A stretch of 64,000 nt of DNA from an uncultured Candidatus Saccharibacteria bacterium (GTDB lineage Bacteria > Patescibacteriota > Minisyncoccia > Phycocordibacterales > UBA1006), in contig CAZUGR010000001.1 of assembly GCA_964620145.1 (NCBI GenBank), positions 73 through 64,072 on the forward strand, read 5' to 3'. Under the pieces are notes generated by a model. The model did no database searches. It worked only from the letters and a program-made list of their open reading frames with translations, and was not told the DNA's origin. The position numbers and the translations under genes were made by a program. Every line of letters begins with the position of its first letter. Within the stretch, counting starts at the first letter, position 1. Shown here in pieces: positions 42,848 through 53,016 of this stretch.

Positions 42848-44446
42848 TTACAAACAAGCCTTTACCAACCCTTTAAACAACGGATGTGGTTGATCGGGAC
42901 GAGACAGGAATTCAGGGTGTGATTGTGTTGCGACAAAATAAGGATGCATTTCAGTTGGTAGTTCAATCATTTCTACTAAATAGTCATCAGAATCTGATTT
43001 TTTAAACTTTCCAGAAACTTTGAATCCACGACTTTCCAATTGTGGTACATATTGATTTTGTACTTCTAATCGATGTCGATGTCGTTCAATAGTTTCAGGT
43101 GAACCAAATAGGGAAGCAATAACTGTTTCTGGTTCCAGATAACAAGTATAATTTCCAAGTCGCATCGTTCCTCCTTTTTGTTCAGTTTTTAACTGTTCAG
43201 GAATATAATCAATAATAAATACATCGGAATCCTTGGTATGATCCATTTCTCGACTTACTGCATTTGTAATTCCTACAACATTTCGTGCAAATTCAATCGT
43301 TGCAAGTTGCATACCCAAACAAATTCCAAGGAAAGGTCGTTTATTTTCTCGAGCATACTTGATTGCCTTTATTTTTCCTTCCATTCCTCGAGAACCAAAT
43401 CCACCTGGAACAATAATTCCATCATATGCAGGCAATTGATCCAGAAGTGTCGTATCATCTGCATCTAAAATATCAATATGAACACGGACATGCTCACTTG
43501 TTGCGGCAATCTTTAACGATTCAATAACACTTAGATATGCATCGGAAAGCCCTGTATATTTGGTAACAAGTGCGATTGAAATCTTTTTATCTTGCAAATT
43601 CTGATATTGATTGAAAAATTCAGGAAGTTTTGGATCAAGTTGCTTCCCAGTAAAGTCTGATAAAATACTGATAATTTCTGTATTTTCTAATAAATTAATC
43701 GGTACTTTATAAATGTTTGGTAAATCGGGGCAGGGAATAACCCGTTTTTTATCGAGGTTACTATGGAGTGCAATTTTTTCAATCAATCCATCAGGTAAAT
43801 CAATAGAATCTCTTGGTTCAAATCGCACTGCCAAAATATCTGGTTGTAATCCTAAACGAAGTAATTCTTTTAATGAGTTTTGCATTGGCTTGGTTTTGTA
43901 TTCACCAGAAACTCCAAGATAGGGAACATATCCCAAATGTACATGGAGTACATTGTCGCCAAATTCTCGTTTAAATTGTCGAATACTTTCCAAGAAAACT
44001 TCGGCTTCCATATCACCTGTTGAACCGCCAATCTCGATAACTTTTATATCACTTTCTGATGTTTGATAAATATTTTTAATATAATTTGTAATATGAGGAA
44101 TTAATTGAACCGTTTTCCCTAAAAATCCACCTTTGCGTTCTTGTTCAAGTACTGATTGGTAAATTTTTCCAGAACTAATTGAACTTCGTCCAGTGAGGTT
44201 AGTGTTGAGAAATCGTTCATAATGACCCAAATCAAGGTCGGTTTCTGCTCCATCTGCTAGAACATAGACTTCTCCGTGTTCATAGGGCGACATGGTTCCT
44301 GGATCAACATTTAAATACGGATCCATTTTTAATGCCTCTACAGAAAAACCACTTGATTTTAATAATAATCCAAGACTTGCTCCCATAATCCCTTTACCAA
44401 GACCAGAAACAACTCCTCCTGTAATGAATATATATTTAGTGTGCAT
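42848..44446 (-). CDS. pyrG: CTP synthase
   Basis: 532 aa. ITGGVVSGLGKG at the N-terminus. Glutamine amidotransferase GICLGMQ and HPEF motifs. Confidence 0.95.
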   Translation of the reverse strand: MHTKYIFITGGVVSGLGKGIMGASLGLLLKSSGFSVEALKMDPYLNVDPGTMSPYEHGEVYVLADGAETDLDLGHYERFLNTNLTGRSSISSGKIYQSVLEQERKGGFLGKTVQLIPHITNYIKNIYQTSESDIKVIEIGGSTGDMEAEVFLESIRQFKREFGDNVLHVHLGYVPYLGVSGEYKTKPMQNSLKELLRLGLQPDILAVRFEPRDSIDLPDGLIEKIALHSNLDKKRVIPCPDLPNIYKVPINLLENTEIISILSDFTGKQLDPKLPEFFNQYQNLQDKKISIALVTKYTGLSDAYLSVIESLKIAATSEHVRVHIDILDADDTTLLDQLPAYDGIIVPGGFGSRGMEGKIKAIKYARENKRPFLGICLGMQLATIEFARNVVGITNAVSREMDHTKDSDVFIIDYIPEQLKTEQKGGTMRLGNYTCYLEPETVIASLFGSPETIERHRHRLEVQNQYVPQLESRGFKVSGKFKKSDSDDYLVEMIELPTEMHPYFVATQSHPEFLSRPDQPHPLFKGLVKACL

Positions 44447-44525
44447 AATTAATTATATACCCCTTCTGTAGTAATGTAATCTTTACAGAACATACAAAAT
44501 GTTTGTAAAATAGAAAAAGTAAAAT

Positions 44526-44560
44526 AAAAATCCCTTGAACTGAATAGTTCAAGGGATTTT
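44526..44560 (-). terminator. Intrinsic terminator after the 69-aa ORF
   Basis: AAATCCCTTGAAC-tgaata-GTTCAAGGGATTT, a 13-bp stem. Confidence 0.65.
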
Positions 44561-44561
44561 G

Positions 44562-44771
44562 TTACAAACCTTCGGGTAAATTTTTCACCCGTTGGTCTGT
44601 TTGAAATATCTTAAGAAGTTCAGAACGAACTTCTTGAGGGTTTTCTGGGTTTGAGATTTCATTACGAAGTTCAATTTTTGTTCCGCATTTCTGGAAAATT
44701 CTCTCTGCTTTTTCTTGTGGTGTTAATGCGAATAATTCAAGTTGATAAGATTCTTTACCTGTTGTTTTCAT
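44562..44771 (-). CDS. Small hypothetical protein
   Basis: 69 aa from the ATG at 44771 (MKTTGKESYQLELFALTPQEKAERIF...). No recognised family. Confidence 0.4.
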   Translation of the reverse strand: MKTTGKESYQLELFALTPQEKAERIFQKCGTKIELRNEISNPENPQEVRSELLKIFQTDQRVKNLPEGL

Positions 44772-44798
44772 TTTTTTCTTTTTTTTAGAATAACACAA

Positions 44799-45596
44799 TT
44801 ATAAATTAATATCAAGAAGTACGGGGCAATGATCTGAACCAGTAATTTCTGGATGAATTTTTACATCAATAACTTTCGTTTTTAATTTTTAAGAAACAAA
44901 CCAATACTCAATTCTCCAGCCTACATTTTTTGATCGCGCGTTTCCAAAATTACTCCACCAAGTATAATGACCGTTTCCTGATTGAAACATTCGAAACGTA
45001 TCAATAAATCCTGCATCGAGAATTTTATCAATTCCTGATCGCTCTTCATCAGTAAATCCATGTTCGCCGATATTTGCTTTTGGATTTGCAAGATCGTCAA
45101 ACGTATGTGCAACATTTAAATCTCCACAAAACAGTACTGGTTTTTTGTGTTCAAGTTCTTTACAAAATTCTAAAAATGCTGGATCCCATTTTTCTGCACG
45201 GAGCGAGAGACGAGACAAGTCCGCTTTTGCGTTAGGTGTGTATACGCAAACCACAAAAACTTTTTTGAGCTCAACCGCAATTACACGGCCCTCAGAATTT
45301 GGATCACCATATCCATCATTTTCAATGTTATACTTTTTTAAAATATGTTCGGGGAAATTATTGATAACCGAAATTGGTTTTTCTTTGGTGAAAATTGCCG
45401 TACCACTGTAACCCTTTTTTTCTGCAGAATTCCAATACTCATGATAATCAGGGAGATCGAGAGGTGATTGATGTTCTTGCGCTTTTGTTTCTTGGAGACA
45501 AATAACATCAGGTTGCAACATTTCAATCATCGGTTCGAATACTCCTTTTTTATGTACGGAACGAATTCCGTTTACATTCCATGTGACGAGTTTCAT
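44799..45596 (-). pseudogene. xth: Exodeoxyribonuclease III (Xth/ExoA family) interrupted by one in-frame TAA (44889-44891) 29 codons before the natural end
   Basis: MKLVTWNVNGIRS...GWRIEYWFVS-TAA-KLKTKVIDVKIHPEITGSDHCPVLLDINL-TAA. The conserved catalytic SDHCP motif lies downstream of the internal stop, in frame. Confidence 0.75.
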
Positions 45597-45690
45597 ATAA
45601 TATATAGAGTAGTTGTTTTTCATGAAAAAGCAAATTTGAAAAGGTTGTTTTTATTTTTTATTCTGGTAAGGTAAAAGAAAATTAAACAAT

Positions 45691-46038
45691 ATGAATATAC
45701 AGCAAGTAATTTTTAACAGTGAGGTAAAAAGTCTTCTCAAAAAAGTAGAAAACAATTACCAATCAAATTTGGAAATCTTGAAAGGTTTTCTGAATTATTC
45801 AAGCTCATTCAAACTTATTAATGGGTTAAAACAATTAGTCAAAAAAGTAATTTCTTTTAAAAAAAGTAAGGCAAAAAATGAAGATGAAATTGAAAATTTT
45901 TATGAAGAATTTCAAGAAATTGTAATCAATAATTTTGATGAGAAAAAACTTATTTCAAAAAATAAGCATTATCAAAAAAATTATGAAACACTCTTTATTT
46001 TCCTAACTTACTTTTTCAAAGAAAATAATTTTCTTTGA
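45691..46038 (+). CDS. Hypothetical protein
   Basis: 115 aa, Lys/Asn-rich. Ends in TGA, which is rare here. No recognised family. Confidence 0.35.
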   Translation: MNIQQVIFNSEVKSLLKKVENNYQSNLEILKGFLNYSSSFKLINGLKQLVKKVISFKKSKAKNEDEIENFYEEFQEIVINNFDEKKLISKNKHYQKNYETLFIFLTYFFKENNFL

Positions 46039-46069
46039 AAAACAAAAGCACCTGCATAATTGCAAGTGC

Positions 46070-46732
46070 TTATTTTTTTTGGAATACAAAAATATGTAAT
46101 CCGAGAGAGTCTGCGGGATCGCTCCTTGTTTCGAAAAATTGTTCTCGATGTTCAACAAGAGAAAATCCGTATTGTGCAAAAAGGCCAACAACTTGTTCTT
46201 TGTTAAAAAAATAATAACTCACTCCAAATTTTTCATAAGGAGATTCGTTATTCATTTTTGGAGTAAGTCCAAGGAATCGAGGGGTTTGATCAGAGAGGTT
46301 AATCGACATAACATATCCACCTGATTGAGTTACTCGTGAAAGTTCAGAGAGATATGTGTGCCAGAAAGATTGTGGAAGATGTTGGAAAAGTCCAATGTCA
46401 GTTACAAGAGAAAAACTAGTATCAGCGAACGGTAGGTCAGTAGCTTGCCCATGAATGAATCGAGCGCGTTCAGCATAAGAGAGAAGCTTGATATCTTGAT
46501 TAACTTTTTCAACAATCGATTGTATGTAATCAACTCCAATAACACGGAAACCATAATCAATTAATTTGAACGCCCAGAGTCCTCGTCCAGAACCAATATC
46601 GAGCACGATACTATTTTTCTCGATAGGTGGAATCATTTCAAGTGCTGTATGATAATACGGAATGTGTGTCCAGATATCAGAACCTGTACGATACGCTGTA
46701 TCAAAATAGAGATATTGTTCATCGTTGTTCAT
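46070..46732 (-). CDS. Class I SAM-dependent methyltransferase
   Basis: 220 aa. Motif I VLDIGSGRGLWA, then VIGVDY and SLVTDIGLFQHL. Confidence 0.75.
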   Translation of the reverse strand: MNNDEQYLYFDTAYRTGSDIWTHIPYYHTALEMIPPIEKNSIVLDIGSGRGLWAFKLIDYGFRVIGVDYIQSIVEKVNQDIKLLSYAERARFIHGQATDLPFADTSFSLVTDIGLFQHLPQSFWHTYLSELSRVTQSGGYVMSINLSDQTPRFLGLTPKMNNESPYEKFGVSYYFFNKEQVVGLFAQYGFSLVEHREQFFETRSDPADSLGLHIFVFQKK

Positions 46733-46812
46733 ATATACTATCTATTATAAACAACTGATAATTTTTGTCACGAAAAAAGAAAGTTACTCACTTTCTTTTT
46801 TAAATTACTTAT

Positions 46813-47769
46813 TTATTTTCCGTGAAACTTCTTGTGAATGTCTCGTAATTGTTTGTCAGTTACATGAGTGTACACTTGTGTTGTTGCAATGTTTGCGTGT
46901 CCGAGCATTATTTGTACCGATCGAATATCAGCACCGTTAGATAACAAGTCAGTCGCAAAACTATGTCGTAACATGTGCGGGGTAACTTTTTTAGAGATAC
47001 CTGCAATGATTGCATATTGTTTCACAATTCTCTGTATTGATCTTGGCGTGAGTCGTTCGTCTTTTGTTTTGTGAAACGACATGTTTACAAACAATGGTTC
47101 AGAAAAATCTTTGCGAATTTTCAAATATTCACGAATAGATTGTTTTGCACTTTCTGACAAGAATACTACACGCACCTTGTCACCTTTTCCTCGAATGCTG
47201 AATTCATCTTTTTGTAAATCCAAATCTCGATTCAATGAACATAATTCTGATAAACGAAGTCCAGTGGAAAAAAATAATTCGAGAATTGCCATGTCTCGCA
47301 ATAATCGTTCTCTCTCTTGGTCTGATGCACCACTCTTTTTTTTGTCGTTACTCAGTTGTTCGTAAGTGATTCGCGGAGCGTGTAACAATCGTTTCAGTTC
47401 ACCACTTGATAAATGATCAATATCTCGTGCACCAACTTTTGCGAGTTCTATAGTATCTGGTGATAGGGTAGATAGATTTCTCTTCTTGAGAAATTTTAAA
47501 AAGGAACGAATCGCAATCATGTAATAATTCTGTGTAACCTTTTTCATTGTTCCTTGAGATTGACCTTTGAGTTTCACACCTTGTGAACGATTGAGGTGAA
47601 GTCGGAACTCTCGAATGAGAGTTTCGTTGATTTGTGAAACATTTGTAATTTTCCCAAAAGAAAAAAAACTTCGAATGTAATGATCGTAATTACGAACTGT
47701 ATTGAGTGATCGTCCACGTTCGATCTCTACATATTCTAAAAATTGTTGGAGTGCTTGTTGTGCATTCAT
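46813..47769 (-). CDS. Tyrosine site-specific recombinase, XerC/XerD family
   Basis: 318 aa. N-terminal SAM-like domain. GLRLSEL, HMLRHSFAT and LGHANIATTQVYTHV carry the R-H-R-Y catalytic set. Confidence 0.85.
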   Translation of the reverse strand: MNAQQALQQFLEYVEIERGRSLNTVRNYDHYIRSFFSFGKITNVSQINETLIREFRLHLNRSQGVKLKGQSQGTMKKVTQNYYMIAIRSFLKFLKKRNLSTLSPDTIELAKVGARDIDHLSSGELKRLLHAPRITYEQLSNDKKKSGASDQERERLLRDMAILELFFSTGLRLSELCSLNRDLDLQKDEFSIRGKGDKVRVVFLSESAKQSIREYLKIRKDFSEPLFVNMSFHKTKDERLTPRSIQRIVKQYAIIAGISKKVTPHMLRHSFATDLLSNGADIRSVQIMLGHANIATTQVYTHVTDKQLRDIHKKFHGK

Positions 47770-47893
47770 ATAGTATGGAACAGTATAGCATAATTATTGT
47801 GCGACATGAGAACGCTAGAATTATGATATTATTGTAAATAAAAAAGTATTATATTTTATGCGACATCTTTTTAATTATGATATAATAAATAGT

Positions 47894-49573
47894 ATGACTA
47901 CTCCTTTGCAAAATCAAACGAGCACTACACAAAAAACTACTGCCGGAGTTACAACGACAACTACAGTAACTACAACAGCACCAGCAACTCCAGTTGTAAA
48001 TCAATCAAGTCTCGGAATGGCAAGTGTTGCAAAATCTGTCGAACGCAGAATTGAAGAGCAAAAGAAAAACCAAGCAACAAGTGCAAAGCGTCCACTTAAC
48101 GAGATTCTTGATAAAACTCTTGCAGTTACTTTTGGTAAAGATAAACAAGTTCCACTAGGTGACGAGCTTGCATTTGGTTCAACGAATAATATTTCAGAAC
48201 TACCAGAGCGTGTCCGTAATATTCTCACTGCGGAAGGGATTTCTTTTTCTCCAGAAGATCGAATTATTCACACACCAGGAGCTTTGTTTTTTAATCTTGT
48301 ACAAACAACTCCAGAAGGTAAAAAATATTCTTCTTTTTCGCTCCATAATAATCCTCAAAATAGTATCAATAATGAAGGTCAAGAAGATGAAAATAATGTC
48401 AGTGAATTACTGAATAATAATACTGATACTATTCCTCAATCAATACAGGAACTATCTCATGACAAGAATATGTTAGAATCAGTAATTATTCCAGAAATTA
48501 CAAAACCAGAATTGACACCTGAACAAGTTCCCACTGAAACATCTCCAGCGGTTATCGGTGCAAAAGAGCCAACTGCAGGAACGTTGGGAACAATCGGGTT
48601 TTCAAATCAGCAGCCAGTTCAAGAAAAAGAAGAATTAAAATTTCAAGGAACTGATACAAAATTTGATAATTCTATTTTTACTATTCATGCCGATTCAGCA
48701 CATGAACAACTGAACAGTGATACTGTTCTCGATACAGAACAATTACAATCAGGGAATGAGCAAGTTTCAGTAAAAATCCAAGAAGAATTACCAGAAACAA
48801 TCCAACAGATTCCTGACGAGATAATTCTCGATCAAGAAGTAAAAACAGAAACATATAACTCACCGGATCAATCAGCAGATAATCAAAAACCTCAATCATG
48901 GCAATTTGAAAAAGAAATCATCAAAGGTCCAAAACCTGCAATTACACTCGAAGAAAAAATAAAAGAGACAACTAATTTTTCAAAATTACATACCTTAATT
49001 ATTGCAGAATCAGAATTTGCCGATAGTCCAAGTCAGGATGTCTGGGCATTAATTAGGAATTATGTTCATGGAATGATTAGCATTGATCGTATTCCACGAG
49101 ATTATGGGTTGCAACAAAAAGTAGAACGATTGAAGCAAGACTTTGATCGAGAGCAAGAGTTGCTGGAAATAAACAAACAACAATCCAAAGAAAATGAAAA
49201 CCAACAAGAATCTCCACAATCAGCTACTGACTTCTTGTCGAGCTTGATTAATCAGCAACAATCAGAAAATGAATCTCTAGATAATCAAAGTCGTTCAATC
49301 CTAGAATCATTAGGGTTGTCATCGTTGGATTCTAATTCTCAATCTGAAATAGAACCCGAACTTGATTCGGTAAAACTAGTGAATGAATCAGTAGAAATTC
49401 CTACATCTATTCCTGAAAAATTACAGATTGATGACCAGAATCAAGAAATGCAGACACCTGTAGAAAAATTAGAAGCAGTACCATTGGTCGAATCAGAGAC
49501 TGTTTCGCGAAATGATATTTATCAATTATTTGAACAAAAACTTTTCCAAGCTTTTGGGATACAGAAAATATGA
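47894..49573 (+). CDS. Large low-complexity (Thr/Gln/Glu-rich) hypothetical protein
   Basis: 559 aa from the ATG at 47894. No TM. Long acidic and polar tracts. Its TGA stop overlaps the next ATG (ATGA). Confidence 0.45.
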   Translation: MTTPLQNQTSTTQKTTAGVTTTTTVTTTAPATPVVNQSSLGMASVAKSVERRIEEQKKNQATSAKRPLNEILDKTLAVTFGKDKQVPLGDELAFGSTNNISELPERVRNILTAEGISFSPEDRIIHTPGALFFNLVQTTPEGKKYSSFSLHNNPQNSINNEGQEDENNVSELLNNNTDTIPQSIQELSHDKNMLESVIIPEITKPELTPEQVPTETSPAVIGAKEPTAGTLGTIGFSNQQPVQEKEELKFQGTDTKFDNSIFTIHADSAHEQLNSDTVLDTEQLQSGNEQVSVKIQEELPETIQQIPDEIILDQEVKTETYNSPDQSADNQKPQSWQFEKEIIKGPKPAITLEEKIKETTNFSKLHTLIIAESEFADSPSQDVWALIRNYVHGMISIDRIPRDYGLQQKVERLKQDFDREQELLEINKQQSKENENQQESPQSATDFLSSLINQQQSENESLDNQSRSILESLGLSSLDSNSQSEIEPELDSVKLVNESVEIPTSIPEKLQIDDQNQEMQTPVEKLEAVPLVESETVSRNDIYQLFEQKLFQAFGIQKI

Positions 49574-49866
49574 CACAAGAAGTTTTTCATAAATTGATAA
49601 CGCTTGCCTTTGAGTTAGACATGGTATCTGATCAAGAGCGTGCAGATACAATTCAACAGTTGGGTTCCCTTGTTCTTCAATCTGTCGCTCTCCGAGCAGT
49701 GCAGACAATTCCAGAATCAGAACAAGAATCTATCAAGGAAAAATTTGCCTTACTATCTAATACTCAAGGTTTTCTCCAAGCTTTTTCAGAATTATTTCCT
49801 GATATTGATATTTGGATTCAAGATGAGGTAAGAAAGTTGCATCAAGATTTTTCTACTCAAGAGTAG
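49570..49866 (+). CDS. Small helical hypothetical protein, start overlapping the upstream stop (ATGA)
   Basis: 98 aa. The 4-nt ATGA overlap suggests translational coupling. No confident family. Confidence 0.45.
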   Translation: MTQEVFHKLITLAFELDMVSDQERADTIQQLGSLVLQSVALRAVQTIPESEQESIKEKFALLSNTQGFLQAFSELFPDIDIWIQDEVRKLHQDFSTQE

Positions 49867-49930
49867 CTTGATTATTTATTTAATTCGTGTATTATATTAG
49901 ACAAGTGTTTCTTTAGTTTAAATTCGGGGA

Positions 49931-49959
49931 GGCAGACTTTTTAAAAGTCTGCCTTTTTT
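49931..49959 (+). terminator. Intrinsic terminator
   Basis: GGCAGACTTTT-t-AAAAGTCTGCC followed by TTTTTT. Confidence 0.7.
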
Positions 49960-50004
49960 GTTGGTTTTCATTTATTCTCACATTCCTGTGGTATACTCGA
50001 TTAT

Positions 50005-51930
50005 ATGAATTTTGATTATTTGCATGATTTAAATCCGGAACAACAACGAGCAGTTCTCCATACGCATGGACCACTACTCATTGTAGCAGGAGCAGGAACA
50101 GGAAAGACAAAAACATTGACCTATCGTATTTTTCACTTGATTCAAACTGGAATCTCTGCGGAAAATATTTTGGCAATTACTTTTACCAACAAAGCAGCAG
50201 CAGAAATGCGAGAACGATTACATAAAATGTTGGGAGAATATCGTACCATGCCAACCATGAAAACTTTTCACGGATTAGGTGTATATGTTCTCAGAATGTT
50301 TTATCAAGAAGCAAAATTACGCAAAGAATTCGTAATTCTTGACACTACTGACACCAATCGATTAATCAAAGAATCAATGGAGGAACTTTCTATTGATACA
50401 AAACAATATGATCCGCGAACATTGAAAACAATTATTAGTAATGCAAAAAACGCTGGAAAGAAAATATTTGATTTTGAAACAGAAATTTATAACTCGACGA
50501 CTGACTATGCGGTCAAGGTATGGCGATTGTATGAACAGAAAAAAACAGCAGAACATGCATTGGATTTTGATGACTTGTTGGTAAAAACAAAAGAATTGAT
50601 TGAAAATAATAGTGATGTACGAACAAAATTACAAAATAAATTTAAATATATTCATATTGATGAGTACCAAGACACTAACGAAATTCAATATCAAATTGCA
50701 AAACTTCTAGCAGGAGACGAACACAATATTTGTGCAGTAGGCGATACTGATCAAAATATTTATAGTTGGCGTGGTGCAAATATAAAAAATATGTTAAATT
50801 TTGAACGAGATTTTTCAGGTACGGTTACTATTCTTCTCGAGCAAAATTATCGATCTACAAAAACAATCCTCTCGGCAGCTGATGCAATTATTGTAAAAAA
50901 TTCTACACGTATTGAAAAAACACTCCGCACAGAAAAACCAGATGGAGAAACCATTTCTGTTTTTATTGGATTAAATGAATCACATGAAGCTCGATTGATT
51001 GCAAGTGAGATAAAATCACTTCTTGATCAAGAAATTCCAGCAACAGAAATTGCAATTTTATTCAGAACACATTTCCAGTCGCGTGCTCTCGAAGAAGCAT
51101 GTCTCCATGCAGAAATTCCATATCAAGTATTAGGTGTAAAATTCTTTGAACGAAAAGAAATCAAAGACCTTGTTTCTTATATACGAGCAGCACTCAATCC
51201 AGATTCACTTTCTGATATCAAGCGTACTATCAATGAACCAAAAAGAGGAATTGGTAAAGTTGCTCTGGCAAAAATTTTTGCAGGAACAGCTGGTGAATTA
51301 TCGGGAGCTGCGTCGAATGGTTACCGAGAATATATGCAAATTCTTCAAGATGTTCGTCATTTAGCAGGTGAAAAAACACCATCAGAAGTTGTTCGTTTCG
51401 CAATTCATCGATCGGGAATGTTCGAGTCATATACGAATGGTTCTGCAGATGAACAAGAGCGACTCGAAACAATGGAAGAATTGGTGACCTATGCATTACG
51501 ATATGATGATCTGCAGATAGGTGATGGAATCTTACAGATGATTGAAGATATTTCATTACTCTCTGAACAAGATAATATTCGTGATGATCGTCCCGCGGTT
51601 CGCTTGATGACAGTGCACGCAGCAAAAGGTCTCGAGTTTAATTACGTGTTCGTTTCTGGAATGGAGCAAGGATTATTTCCTCATGCTGGTTATGATGAAA
51701 AAAAAGGAAAAGAAGAGCAAGAAGAAGAACGCAGATTGTTCTATGTTGCTGTTACGCGTGCACGTGAACGATTGTTTTTATCACATGCATATACACGAAC
51801 TATTTATGGTCAGCAGAATTTTAATGCGCCGAGTGAATTTTTATCGGATATTCCGGAGACATTATTAGAATATATTGATACAGGAGATATTCCTGATGAA
51901 CAACCAAAAACAGTGTATTTGGAATGGTAA
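50005..51930 (+). CDS. UvrD/PcrA-family ATP-dependent DNA helicase
   Basis: 641 aa. Walker A AGAGTGKT, DEYQDTN, and the helicase motifs TVHAAKGLEF and VAVTRAR. Confidence 0.9.
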   Translation: MNFDYLHDLNPEQQRAVLHTHGPLLIVAGAGTGKTKTLTYRIFHLIQTGISAENILAITFTNKAAAEMRERLHKMLGEYRTMPTMKTFHGLGVYVLRMFYQEAKLRKEFVILDTTDTNRLIKESMEELSIDTKQYDPRTLKTIISNAKNAGKKIFDFETEIYNSTTDYAVKVWRLYEQKKTAEHALDFDDLLVKTKELIENNSDVRTKLQNKFKYIHIDEYQDTNEIQYQIAKLLAGDEHNICAVGDTDQNIYSWRGANIKNMLNFERDFSGTVTILLEQNYRSTKTILSAADAIIVKNSTRIEKTLRTEKPDGETISVFIGLNESHEARLIASEIKSLLDQEIPATEIAILFRTHFQSRALEEACLHAEIPYQVLGVKFFERKEIKDLVSYIRAALNPDSLSDIKRTINEPKRGIGKVALAKIFAGTAGELSGAASNGYREYMQILQDVRHLAGEKTPSEVVRFAIHRSGMFESYTNGSADEQERLETMEELVTYALRYDDLQIGDGILQMIEDISLLSEQDNIRDDRPAVRLMTVHAAKGLEFNYVFVSGMEQGLFPHAGYDEKKGKEEQEEERRLFYVAVTRARERLFLSHAYTRTIYGQQNFNAPSEFLSDIPETLLEYIDTGDIPDEQPKTVYLEW

Positions 51931-51953
51931 AACCTTATGAAAATAAGGTTTTT
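51929..51953 (+). terminator. Intrinsic terminator after the helicase gene
   Basis: AAAACCTTAT-gaaa-ATAAGGTTTTT. Confidence 0.65.
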
Positions 51954-52116
51954 ATTGTATGCTAAAAATATGGAACAAAAAAAATTCACTGGAACAGAAA
52001 AAAGACAATCAAGTTGAAAATAAAACACTCGTACATTTTTTTGGAAATATTTAAAGTAGATAGTAATAATATTCAAGAAAAAAGTCGGCGGTTGTTCACT
52101 TTATCCCAAGAAGAAT

Positions 52117-52886
52117 TTGATACTTATTAGGAAATGTATTTTCTTGATCAAAAAAACATTAAATACAAAAGAAAAAGAAATTCACAGAGAAATTATTAAA
52201 AATATTCATATAGAATCAGATGATGGATATAGTATGAATGGTTTGGTGGAAATTATTGAAAAAGCTGATTTCTCTAATAGAGATAATTTTTTCCTTGTGA
52301 GGAATTTCATTGATGAACTTGTATCAAAGATAGATGACTTACATGAAATATATTATCATCAAATTAAGGATATTGATTTAAAAAGTGAACAGGCTATAGA
52401 AATCGAAAAGAAATGGGAATCTCATTTTGCAGGGTCACAAAAATCAATAGTAGATTTAATTATAAAAAAGATTTACCAGAAAATAATTACATACTTACTA
52501 CTTATTTAAAACAAGAAACAAAATTTCTCAATGAAAGAGTAAAATTAATAGAAGAAAATAATGATATATCTATAGGGTTGAATATATATCAAATATCAAA
52601 AAATTCATATAGAATACATACAAATCATGGAGTAAGATTTTTTGATTTTACCAATGATTTGTCAAGAAAAGAATTAGCAGATCAGCAAATCAAAGAACTT
52701 ATAGAACAAGAAAAGAAAATAGGAACAAATAATCTTATTAATTCTGATGAATATCATCGGCTTGTAAATAGGTATTTTTCATTTGACTCATCGTTACCTG
52801 AAAAAACTCGTGGAATCTGGAACTTTGGAAAAACTTGGGAAACCACCGAGGGTATTTTATCGTATCAAAAATATGAATGGATTTGA
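52117..52886 (+). CDS. Hypothetical gene present as two overlapping ORFs (52117..52509 and 52413..52886); possible frameshift at an A6 run (52464-52469)
   Basis: Very AT-rich. The two frames overlap by 97 nt. No recognised family. The first ORF begins with TTG in the track. Confidence 0.3.
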
Positions 52887-52908
52887 AGTTATTAAAGAAA
52901 TCTAAATC

Positions 52909-52941
52909 AAAAACCAGAACAAAATTCGTTCTGGTTTTTTT
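52909..52941 (+). terminator. Intrinsic terminator
   Basis: AAAACCAGAAC-aaaattc-GTTCTGGTTTTTTT. Confidence 0.7.
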
Positions 52942-52942
52942 G

Positions 52943-53016
52943 TGTGCGATGTAGGAGAATCGGTCACCGCTCTGGTTCTCGTTTCGGCAAAGCCTCACTA
53001 CGAACTCATCGCCTCG
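52943..53016 (-). other. Degenerate tRNA-Gly-like relic or att-type partial duplicate of the neighbouring tRNA-Gly
   Basis: Plus strand 52943-52965 TGTGCGATGTAGGAGAATCGGTC versus 53144-53166 TGTGCGGCGTAAGAGAATCGAAC (18/23 identical). The far end (GCGATGAGTTCGTAGTGAGG on the minus strand) also resembles the tRNA 5' end, but no cloverleaf folds. Confidence 0.4.
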
